Shown one piece after another: positions 52,559-64,000 of a stretch of 64,000 nucleotides of DNA. The notes under the pieces are model-generated. The model saw only the letters and a program-made list of their open reading frames with translations, ran no database searches and was not told the origin of the DNA. A program made the translations under genes and the position numbers. The stretch comes from Octopus sinensis (lineage: Eukaryota). The stretch spans positions 93,000,001 to 93,064,000 of the forward strand of contig NC_043003.1 in the NCBI RefSeq assembly GCF_006345805.1. The letters run 5' to 3'. How positions within the stretch are numbered: position 1 is the stretch's first letter; every line of letters starts with the position of its first letter.

Positions 52559-53843
52559 TTGGGTTGTCCGGAAAGTTCGTGCCGATTTATATAGTAGCTT
52601 ACACTTCGACTTATTTTAGAACATGGTTGAGTACATAAAATAGGATTTGACTACACTTCCATTTAGAGCACAGTTCAAGCTATCTTTTCGTGGAAGGAGG
52701 TTTATGTTCCTATAACCTGTATTAATTCTGTAACCCTTTAAAATGGAAGATAAGAAAGCTCATTTTCGGCACTTGATGCTTTTCTTTTTCCGTAAAGGGA
52801 AAAATGCCTCACAAGCAACCAAAGAAATATGTGCAGTTTACAGTAATGTTTCTTTATCCGAAAGAACTGTACGTAAGTGGTTCGCAAGGTTCCGAGCTGG
52901 AGATTGTAGCCTTATTGATAAAGAGCGATCAGGCAGACCATCCACTACAGATGATGACCAAATCAGTCATTAATTGAGAATAACCCACATTACACAACCC
53001 GAGAATTGGCAGAAAGCCTCAACCTATTGAAATCCGTTGATCATGAGCACCTGGTAAAGCTTGGGAACACAAATAGCTACGAAGCTTGGGTACCACATGA
53101 GTTGAGTGAGAAGAACCTTTTGGATCGCATTTCCATCTGTCATTCGCTTTATAAACGGAATGAAAACGCACCTTTTTTAAAGCAAATTGTGACAGGTGAT
53201 GAGAAATGGATTATCTACCGAAATGTTCAGAGAAAGCGATCCTGGAGTAAGTGACATGAGCCACCCTTAGCCACCCCAAAAGCGGGTCTTCACCCTAAAA
53301 AAGTCTTGCTTTGTGTCTGGTGGGATTGGAAAGGAATTCTGTACTATGAGCTTCTCCCAAGTAACCAGATAATTAATTCTGAGAAATTCTGCACACAACT
53401 GGACGAGTTAAAATCAGCAATTCAAGAGAAACGTCTAGAATTGGCCAACAGGAAGGATGTTGTTTTCCAACATGATCATGCAAGACCGCACGTTTCTTTG
53501 GGAACCAGACAAAAATTGCTGCAGCTCGGCTGGGATGTGTCACCCCACCATCCGTATTCATCAGACATTGTTCTTCCGGATTTCCACTTATTCAGGTCTC
53601 TGCAGAATAGTCTTAATGGTAAAAATTTCAATTCCTTGGATGACGTCAAAAGATACCTTGATGAATTCGTTGCCATGAAACCACTTCAATTCTGGGAAGA
53701 GGATGTTTTCAAGTTAAAGGAAAGATGGAGACGTATTGTGAAACAAAATGGTTCATATTTGGTTGATTAAAAATGTAATGGTAAGTATTTATTGACCTTT
53801 TTCTTTCCTTTAAAAATCAGTACGAACTTTCCTGACAACCCAA
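52559..53843 (+). mobile_element. Mariner, defective, copy 2
   Basis: TIRs present (3 mismatches in the right TIR). Transposase 52743-53770 is split. Confidence 0.95.
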
Positions 53844-54276
53844 TAGAATGAACTGATTTGTTATGAGGAAGAGGAAAATGCAAACGTTTCGAGCAATGTC
53901 CTTCATCTGAGAATCATTATATCTGATGGTGAATATTCACTATTAGATATAACTCGTATGAAGGACACCTCAAAGCTTATGCGTTTTCCCTTTCAGCAAA
54001 TCGATTCATTGTACTTTTGAATTATGATGCCATCGACAAAATCATTATAGTATTCGAAGTGTAAGTAGTTTTTCGACCCTGTGCTGACAGGTGGCTTAAC
54101 TGATCCCTGCAGGTATTGAACTTTGAATGTTGGCTATTATACCTAAATACGTTGTCATTATATGTGTCAGGGCGAGTAAATCAATATGAAGGCATTAACA
54201 GACATTCAACTATCTGGTAGGTTTTGTTTATTAATTTTCAAATAAAGCAAACAAATGGTTACTGTAGTCACTCGTT

Positions 54277-54358
54277 GACGAGGTGGCCGAGTGGTTAAGG
54301 CGATGGACTGCTAATCCATTGGGGTCTCCCCGCGTGAGTTCGAATCTCATCCTCGTCG
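54277..54358 (+). tRNA. tRNA-Ser(GCT)
   Basis: Identical 82-nt gene. Confidence 0.97.
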
Positions 54359-54560
54359 CTTGCATTTTTTTTTAATTGTCTTAATTAAGCATCGTACTTT
54401 GTTATGGCAGGAGCTATATTTATGTATATATATTTATACATATATATGTGTATCTATTTATATGTGTAGTCAAATCGAATAAGTTAGCATTGAAAATAAC
54501 AACAACAAAAGGACGTGTATGTGGGATGTATTAATTTGACGTTTGGTAAAAGAGAGAGTT

Positions 54561-54593
54561 TTTGACATTTCGAGCATAGCTCTTCGTCAGAAA
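54561..54593 (-). ncRNA. Minimal hammerhead-like motif (unit 2 copy)
   Basis: Identical to 46006-46038. Confidence 0.65.
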
Positions 54594-54683
54594 GGAAAAC
54601 GGAGAAGTCCAGAGAAGGAATATATCACCACCAACAACATATGTGTACTTACATAACTGAAGTATCTGTGTTTGTGTGTAACG

Positions 54684-54775
<92 letters not shown>

Positions 54776-55450
54776 AACACACACACATACACACACATAA
54801 ACACACACACACACACACACACACACACCACACACACACACAACACACACACACACAACACACCCACACACACAGCAGAGCACATAAATGCAAAACACGG
54901 TGGAAACGATAGTACTCGAATACCAAAGGTAGAATAATATACTTTTTATTAAAGCTTCAAAATTATCACAGAATTGTTACTCAGATTTTATCATTTCTGT
55001 TCGGCGGATAGTTGGGAGTACACACACACACACACACACACACAAATCTTCAATTTGCTTCAGCTTCAAAGCTGCGGTCACGCTGGGGCACCGGCATATA
55101 TAATATCTTGGTAAACAGTGATAAGAATTCACGGACTGGTTTCCATTTAAGTTAAAACAATGTCCAATGTTTCGAAAATGCATGAACATCACAACTACTC
55201 ATATAACTTTTTGTTTCGCAATATATTTTGTTTATGACAAACAGAAACGTATTACTTCTAGAAACATATTTTCAATATTTTTCTTGGAAAATATCACGTA
55301 ATTATGACCCTAAAAAAGGATCATAATTACAATATATTTTCCGTAGATAAAGGGAATTTGGGTCATCCCAACATACTTTGACTTCATGTCGTATGCCAAA
55401 CGATTATTCATCCTAGCAGTGCCGACCACTCTCCAGGTTATTCTCTACAG

Positions 55451-55669
55451 CAGTGGTTTTCAACCAGTGTTCCGCGGAACCTTAGGGTTCCGCCAGTACA
55501 GTCCAGGGGTTCCGCAAGAAGTTACAAAACTGCTAAAATCGGCAGTAATTTTAAATTCTTCTGTGCAGATATGTGTGCATAAGACTATTAAATTATTGCA
55601 CAGGGGTTCCTCGAGCCAGTGGAATGCTTCCTTGGGGTCCCGTTCCAGCAAAAAGTTTGAAAATCACTG
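55451..55669. mobile_element. hAT (Charlie-like) MITE, 219 bp
   Basis: TIR CAGTGGTTTTCAA/TTGAAAATCACTG, perfect 8-bp TSD CTCTACAG, empty site at 46723-46730. Confidence 0.95.
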
Positions 55670-55808
55670 CTCTACAGTAAGAAATATCAAAATTAATACT
55701 TAAGTGAAACAAAATGTTTATACTGTGAATTGAACCAGCATCGCTGACAATGTTCTCTTTAATTTGTACTATGAGTCTGTGCTGAAATTTTCATTGTGCA
55801 TAATTTTT

Positions 55809-56235
55809 GGATCTTTTCGGTTTGAACGGCAGTTTTTCCTAGCGGTGTCATATGAAATTGTCACCCATAATTATGACCCTAGTATCGATCTATTGCATTT
55901 CAATCTGTTTTAGGGTTAGGGTTAGTTAGGGTTAGGGATGGGGGGAAGGGTATCTTTTTTCTTCACAAATGTAAATAAACCTAATCTGTTTCTTAAATGA
56001 GGGACATATTTATACAGCACAGAATGTTTTCACCTCAATAGACGTCATTGATTGGTTGAAATTGCAGAAATTGAAGAAAAAAAACCCAACAAATATCTTA
56101 CAAACAATAGAATTTTCTCAATAAAGCCAAAAGAAAAAGACGTTTTATAAACAAATTCTACCAGTATACGAAGTTTAAAGTGTTTAGTTACGTGGAAATT
56201 ATTTTTAAAAACTGCCGTTCAAACCGAAAAGATCC
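55809..56235. mobile_element. GGATCTTT-terminus MITE (unit 2 copy)
   Basis: As 46835-47260. Confidence 0.85.
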
Positions 56236-56292
56236 AATTTCTTTCTTTGCAATGCCTGTGTGCAACCATGAGAATAACCATCACTCAAATTA

Positions 56293-56326
<34 letters not shown>

Positions 56327-57307
56327 AGCAAACCTCGTATTTCGTCTTGAAAACCTTGTCTGCACACATTTTTTTTCTTCCCTAAATATATTTCTTTACT
56401 GCACAGAAGGGGCCAAACATAGAGGGGACAAACAAGGACAGACGAAGGGATTGAGCCGATTATATCGCCCCCAATGCGAAACTGGTACTTTATTTATCGA
56501 CCCCGAAAGGATGAAAGGCAAAGTTGACCTCGGCGGAATTTGAACTCAGAACGTAACGAAAAGGTGTGCGTGCACGCACACAGCTAAGAGGAAACATTCT
56601 TCGTAAGAAACTTATGCTGCTCTACATCTCTCGCAACAGCATTTTCCTATATTACCAGCGAGTGGTAATGAGATTCTCTACAACGACACAGCCATACAAT
56701 TCCTTGGACATTTTAAAAACTATTTCACAGTCGACTAAATCACTATTTTAATCAAAGAATAACAATTTCATCAACCCCGAAAGACGAAAGGTAAAAACCA
56801 ATATCTGTAAGAATTGAACACACTCACATACATACATACATACATACGTACATACGCACAATCATACATATATACAATCATACACACACACACACATACA
56901 TACATACGTACATACATACATACATACATACATACATACATACATACATACATACATACATACATACATACATTCATACATACATACATATATATACATA
57001 CATACATGCATACCATGTACATATGTACACACAGAGACATACACACACACAGTATTTAAATAAGTGCTACTAATAGTTTCATGCCATGGAAACACGATAA
57101 TTCGGTAAATCTATCTAACGTGCCTTGAGTCTCCAAGTAACCTTTCAGGCTGAGTGTACGTGGTTAGCCCTGTATAAAAACTATTGCGCTGGCTTGTGAG
57201 AAAACACATAAAGATTGATGCAAAAACTGGAATAAAAACGGGGAAAGAAAGGACAAAAAAAATGTTGCGTCTTCTTTGTCTTTAGAAATCATAATCAATC
57301 TAGCTGG

Positions 57308-58331
57308 TGTAGAATAACATAGGGGTGAGGAGGTCAAAGTCTGCGAGACAGCAGCTTAATCCAGAGAGGATTCTACACGAGAAATTTCTTCAAGTGCTTG
57401 CAATTGCTGTGCAATTTCTGAAAATTTTGGGTAGTTTATTACTGATATCTTTTAGTTTGTGATCTTTTAAAGCAATGGAACTTTCTCTTTCAGCTAAGTA
57501 TTCTAACCTGTTGTAAGAAATAGGATCACATGTGGTCGTATCGTGTAGGAAATACGATCGCACGCGGTTCTACTCTTAACGAATTATTCAAAGCCATAAA
57601 ATACATACAACGACAATAGGACATAAGTGAATTGACACAAGTCTTCTGTTGGTACATAAATATTATTTATTTTACATAATTTACAATCATGTGGATTTTA
57701 AGAGTTCGTAAGCGTTAACATGTTTTGTGTCTGTGTGTTCGGGTGGCGTGAAGCATACCTAAAGGTACTGAACATAGAATTAACAATGGCATTTAGTTTA
57801 CTGCTCATAGGGCAAGGTGCTGGAATCTACTCGAGAGGCTTTCAGTGTTTGTATAGATTAGCGTAGCAACAGGTAGTAGCAGAGACAATCGCATATCTCT
57901 AAGTTGAACAGCAGGTGCCTTAGTTAGTTCTTAGAAGAACTGGAACTCAAGACATAAGTGTCTGTGAACCCTGCTTTATATACTGTTTGGTTGGCTCACC
58001 GAACTCCAGAAAATGGAATTTTAACCGAAAGTCTTGATTGGCTGATTCGCAATTATGGCGCGAAATAAGTCGAGACAATTCGCGTCACGTGTCAACCAGT
58101 GGCGCGGACTACGTAGGGACCCTCGTGTCACATGTCAACCAGTGACGCGAAACACGTAGAGACCACTCGTGTCACCTGTCAGCCAATCAAGTTAGTGTTT
58201 AGAACAAGAACAAGTTGACCAAAGATGGTTGTAACCTCAAACAAGATCATTTCTGCCTTGCCTTTCACACAGTGAAGATATTAGCAATCGCTATAGTCAT
58301 ATTTCAAAATAACTGAAACTGCCACGCTACA
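57308..58331 (-). mobile_element. Probable solo LTR (unit 2 copy)
   Basis: As 48309-49346. Confidence 0.65.
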
Positions 58332-59843
58332 CTGTCATCAATTTTACTTCTTTTAGAGAGGAATTTAATCTCATCTTTAACATCCCTGTATCTATCTATC
58401 TTAGCTTTCTTATATTTAGTGGAAATGAAGTGATGCATTAACTAAGCATTTCGATCATATCTGACTTCATACCGGTTATTGATTTTGGAGCATTTTTAGA
58501 ACTTTTGAAATATCTAATATCAGATTTTAGTCTAATTTGGAGAGAATTATATTACTTAAGAAATCTTATATTTGTTACTAAATTAAGGAGGTCTGCCTCA
58601 AAAGGGGATAAATCTTTCATCTGGAGTGGTTATTTACGTATTTTTAGTTCATAAATTTCAATAGACATGCATAAAAAAATAAGGCCTTCCATCTCACGAG
58701 GTTTTCAACTTTTCCCAAAAGCTTCCTAAGATATTAGGCTATTTGGTGGTTTAGGTATATTCTTTATAGAGTAATGCATGTAGTATAAATTCATAACTGT
58801 GTGTATTGATTTTAGGAGAATTCTTAGCCACTCAACTTAACGTAGCTATCATGCCAAACATATGTGGATTATGAAGTTGTAGGAGAAAACCATGTGTTAA
58901 AAATATATAGTTTACAGTTCTGTTATAGGCAGGATCAACAAAAATATTACTCCATCTAAAGAGAGATAAATATCATTTATATACACAGTATTTATATAAG
59001 AGCGACTACTAGTTTCATACCAGGGAAACTCGATAATTCAGCAGACTTATATGACCTGCCTTGATTCAATCATTTAAAATTATATCTCTCACCTGATGGA
59101 GTACTTTTTTGTTGATTTGATCTATACCGGAACAGTAAACTGTTTTGTGAGTGTGTGTGTGTGTATACAATTCTACTATATGGCTCAGAAATCTGGACGT
59201 TATCAAAGACGCTTGAGAGGCGGTTGGATGGAACTTACACTCCTTATGAGAGCTCAAAATCTCTCGTGGAAGCGTCATCCAACCAAAGTATAAATATATG
59301 GGAAATTACCACCTGTATCATCTCTTGTGAAAGGTAGAAGAGTCCAGTTTGTTGGACATTGTTGTAGAGCTGAAAAAGAAGTAATTTCTACTCTTCTCCT
59401 CTGGAAGCCATCTGCTCACGATACCAGAGGGCGCACGCTCACCTACACTGATGTAATCTCCAGGGATACAGGCATCCAGCAACAGGACCTCCGTAATGCC
59501 ATGATGGACCGTGAAGTCTGGCGTAGCATAGTAAATAGATACATTTACATACATATACGTATATCTTTTTATCACTTACAAATTCAGCAAATTTCTTTAC
59601 ATAGTGAAAACTGGCCATCATTTTTGTGACGTTTCTACGAGCACCAGTACGCAGTTCACAATTAACATCCAAGCACGTTTTAAACTCGTAGCGAAATAAT
59701 TCAATCAAAAAGTTCACTACGTTGACATTTATATGTTATGTCGAAGAAATCAATAAAGACAGCGATAAACATTCAACTGTTAAACAGTTATCGTTTGTTG
59801 CTAATCTAGCAATAAAGAGAACAATGAGTAATTATTACTCGTT

Positions 59844-59925
59844 GACGAGGTGGCCGAGTGGTTAAGGCGATGGACTGCTAATCCATTGGGGTCTCCCCGC
59901 GTGAGTTCGAATCTCATCCTCGTCG
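59844..59925 (+). tRNA. tRNA-Ser(GCT)
   Basis: Identical 82-nt gene. Confidence 0.97.
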
Positions 59926-61587
59926 TTTTCTATTTATTTTTTTTTATCATTATTATATTTAAATACTGTAGCCCGCTTAGACATGAAATATTAGGTAGAG
60001 TAACAATAACTAGAAATTACAAACCGCTTTCTACTTTCACTAAAACGACGTAATTGAGGCCACTTAAGAAGTTACTACAACGGATTTCATTTTATGTTTG
60101 CTTGACATTAGTATATCGACATTATTTCAAATTACATTGCATCTTACTTAATTATTTGGATCTTTTCGGTTTGAACGGCAGTTTTTAACATAATTTCTAG
60201 GTAACTAAAAAATGTTAAACTTCATATACTGGTAGAATGTGTTTATAAGACATCTTTTTCTCTTGGCTTTATTGAGAAAATTCTATAGTTTGTAAGATAT
60301 TTGTTGTTTTTTTTCTTCAATTTCTGCAATTTCAACCAATCACTGACGTCTATTGAGGTAAAAAAAACATTCTATGCCGTATGAATATGTCCCTCGTTAA
60401 AGAAACAGATTGGGTTTATTTACATTTGTGAAGAAAAAAAGATACCCTTCTCCCCACCCCTAACCCTAACTAACCCAAACCCTAAAACAGATTGAAATGC
60501 AATAGATCGATACTGTATTTTTTGGTTCGAAGCGTTTTGGAGGTAAAGCAGACAATCGTCGCGATAAAGACCTCCACAGATGTCCGGGAATTGGTTGGCC
60601 ATTTCATAAAGAATATAAATTCCGACCAAATCGGCTATCTGGGTGCTGTCTGTACTTCCCATATCAAACTTCCCATATCAAACTTCCCACATCAAACGCA
60701 TTAGGGGTATCTCTACGGACCCACAACTTGCTATCGAACTGTATGAAAGTTCAAATTCCGCCAAGGTCGACTTTGCCTTTCATCCTTTCGGGGTCGATTA
60801 AATAAGTACCAGTTACGCACTGGGGGTCGATGTAATCGACTTAAACCGTTTGTCTGTCCTTGTTTGTCCTCTCTGTGTTTAGCCCCATGTGGGAAGTAAA
60901 GAAATAGGTATTTTATCTGCCGTTACGCTCTGAGTTCAAATTCCGCCGAGGTCGACTTTACCTTTTATCCTTTCGGGGTCGATTAAATAAGTACCAGTTA
61001 CGCAGTGGGGTCGATGTAATCGACTTAATCCGTTTGTCTGTCCTTGTTTGTCCTCTCTGTATTTAGCCCCTTGTGGGTAGTAAAGAAATAGGTATTTCGT
61101 CTGCCGCTAAGTTGTCTTTACGTTCTGAGTTCAAATTCCGCCGAGGTCGACTTTGCCTTTCATCCTTACGGGGTCGATTAAATAAGTACCAGTTACGCTC
61201 TGGGGTTGATATAATCGACTTAATCCGTTTGTCTCTCCTTGTTTGTCCTCTCTGTGTTTAGCCCCTTAAGGGTATTAAAGAAATAGGTATTTCTTCCGGC
61301 TTCACCTTTTGGGTTCAATTTTCACTGAGGTCGACTTTGCTTATCATCTCTTCGGGGTGGATAAAATAAGTTCCTGTTGAGTACCAGGGTCGATGTAATT
61401 GACTAGCCCCCATTCATAAAATTTCAGAAAAGATTTTCTCGATTTGACATAGGAATGGCAGCGTATCGTGCTCAGTATTTAATTGACTAAGAGCTACGTT
61501 CAGTTTCCTCAGGGATCAGTTTCGCGTTCCCTCCTTTTGGGGCCAATAAAAAAGTTTCATTTCGAATATTGCAGTTGAAAAAATGTT

Positions 61588-62872
61588 TTAGGTTGTCCGG
61601 AAAGTTCGTGCCGATTTATATAGTAGCTTACACTTCGACTTATTTTAGAACATGGTTGAGTAAATAAAATAGGATTTGACTACACCTCCATTTGGAGCAC
61701 AGTTCAAGCTATCTTTTCGTGGAAGGAGGTTTAATTTCCTATAACCTGTATTAATTCTGTAACCCTTTAAAATGGAAGATAAGAAAGCTCATTTTCGGCA
61801 CTTGATGCTTTTCTTTTTCCGTAAAGGGAAAAATGCCTCACAAGCAACCAAAGAAATATGTGCAGTTTACAGTAATGTTTCTTTATCCGAAAGAACTGTA
61901 CGTAAGTGGTTCGCAAGGTTCCGAGCTGGAGATTGTAGCCTTATTGATAAGGAGCAATCAAGCAGACCATCCACTACAGATGATGACCAAATCAAGTCAT
62001 CAATTGAGAATAACCCACATTACACAACCCGAGAATTGGCAGAAAGCCTCAACCTATTGAAATCCGTTGATCATGAGCACCTGGTAAATCTTGGGAACAC
62101 AAATAGCTACGAAGCTTGAGTACCACATGAGTTGAGTGAGAAGAACCTTTTGGATCGCATTTCCATCTGTCATTCGCTTTATAAACGGAATGAAAACGCA
62201 CCTTTTTTAAAGCAAATTGTGACAGGTGATGAGAAATGGATTATCTACCGAAATGTTCAGAGAAAGCGATCCTGGAGTAAGTGACATGAGCCACCCTTAG
62301 CCACCCCAAAAGCGGGTCTTCACCCTAAAAAAGTCTTGCTTTGTGTCTGGTGGGATTGGAAAGGAATTCTGTACTATGAGCTTCTCCCAAGTAACCAGAT
62401 AATTAATTCTGAGAAATTCTGCACACAACTGGACGAGTTAAAAGCAGCAATTCAAGAGAAACGTCCTAATTGGCCAACAGGAAGGATGTTGTTTTCCAAC
62501 ATGATCATGCAAGACCGCACGTTTCTTTGGGAACCAGACAAAAATTGCTGCAGCTCAGCTGGGATGTGTCACCCCACCCTCCGTATTCATCAGACATTGT
62601 TCCTTCGGATTTCCACTTATTCAGGTCTCTGCAGAATAGTCTTAATGGTAAAAATTTCAATTCCTTGGATGACGTCAAAAGATACCTTGATGAATTCGTT
62701 GCCATGAAACCACTTCAATTCTGGGAAGAGGATGTTTTCAAGTTAAAGGAAAGATGGAGACGTATTGTGAAACAAAATGGTTCATATTCGGTTGATTAAA
62801 AATGTAATGGTAAGTATTTATTGACCTTTTTCTTTCCTTTAAAAATCAGTACGAACTTTCCTGACAACCCAA
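61588..62872 (+). mobile_element. Mariner, defective, copy 3
   Basis: TIRs present. Transposase 61772-62799 is split, with HPPYSSDIVPSDFHLF. Confidence 0.95.
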
Positions 62873-63305
62873 TAGAATGAACTGATTTGTTATGAGGAAG
62901 AGGAAAATGCAAACGTTTCGAGCAATGTCCTTCATCTGAGAATCATATTATCTGATGGTGAATATTCACTATTAGATATAACTCGTATGAAGGACACCTC
63001 AAAGCTTATGCGTTTTCCCTTTCAGCAAATCGATTCATTGTACTTTTGAATTATGATGCCATCGACAAAATCATTATAGTATTCGAAGTGTAAGTAGTTT
63101 TTCGACCCTGTGCTGACAGGTGGCTTAACTGATCCCTGCAGGTATTGAACTTTGAATGTTGGCTATTATACCTAAATACGTTGTCATTATATGTGTCAGG
63201 GCGAGTAAATCAATATGAAGGCATTAACAGACATTCAACTATCTGGTAGGTTTTGTTTATTAATTTTCAAATAAAGCAAACAAATGGTTACTGTAGTCAC
63301 TCGTT

Positions 63306-63387
63306 GACGAGGTGGCCGAGTGGTTAAGGCGATGGACTGCTAATCCATTGGGGTCTCCCCGCGTGAGTTCGAATCTCATCCTCGTCG
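63306..63387 (+). tRNA. tRNA-Ser(GCT)
   Basis: Identical 82-nt gene. Confidence 0.97.
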
Positions 63388-63592
63388 CTTGCATTTTTTT
63401 TTAATTGTCTTAATTAAGCATCGTACTTTGTTATGGCAGGAGCTATATTTATGTATATATATTTATACATATATATGTGTATATCTATTTATATGTGTAG
63501 TCAAATCGAATAAGTTAGCATTGAAAATAACAACAACAAAAGGACGTGTATGTGGGATGTATTAATTTGACGTTTGGTAAAAAGAGAGAGTT

Positions 63593-63625
63593 TTTGACAT
63601 TTCGAGCATAGCTCTTCGTCAGAAA
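63593..63625 (-). ncRNA. Minimal hammerhead-like motif (unit 3 copy)
   Basis: Identical to 46006-46038. Confidence 0.65.
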
Positions 63626-63741
63626 GGAAAACGGAGAAGTCCAGAGAAGGAAATATATCACCAACAGCACATATGTGTACTTACATAACTGAAGTATCTG
63701 TGTTTGTGTGTAACGTATATATATATATATATATATATAAC

Positions 63742-63786
<45 letters not shown>

Positions 63787-63809
63787 AACACACACACATA
63801 CACACACAT

Positions 63810-63877
<68 letters not shown>

Positions 63878-64000
63878 CAGAGCACATAAATGCAAAACAC
63901 GGTGGAAACGATAGTACTCGAATACCAAAGGTAGAATAATATACTTTTTATTAAAGCTTCAAAATTATCACAGAATTGTTACTCAGATTTTATCATTTCT

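Larger units (their letters stand above)
43362..64000 (+). repeat. Tandem segmental repeat, units ~43362-51742, ~51743-60747, ~60748-end (partial)
   Basis: Colinear high-identity copies. Marker spacing is 45723/54277/63306 (8554, 9029) and 50852/59844 (8992). Confidence 0.97.

Overview
AT-rich, repeat-dense eukaryotic DNA. It is inferred to be from a coleoid cephalopod, probably Octopus, based on the abundant tRNA-derived SINE families, RTE LINEs and TA/CA/TACA microsatellites. Most short ORFs in the track are microsatellite artefacts. One credible host gene is present: an intronless 232-aa SPATA2/tamozhennic-like PUB-domain ORF (17604-18302, -). The right third is a tRNA-Ser(GCT) cluster with 7 identical intact genes and 1 SINE-fused pseudogene. 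Five of these genes sit in a ~8.5-9 kb tandem segmental repeat (2 full units plus 1 partial). Each full unit also carries a dead mariner, Penelope-like and RTE fragments, a solo LTR and MITEs. The left part holds a decayed L1/Tx1-like LINE, a young GC-rich 5'-truncated RTE LINE, a second decayed RTE, CR1 fragments and many palindromic or foldback elements. The most notable unannotated signal is a set of at least three distinct hammerhead-ribozyme-like motif families in Penelope-like or palindromic non-autonomous elements, including a U3-A8 compensatory core variant.
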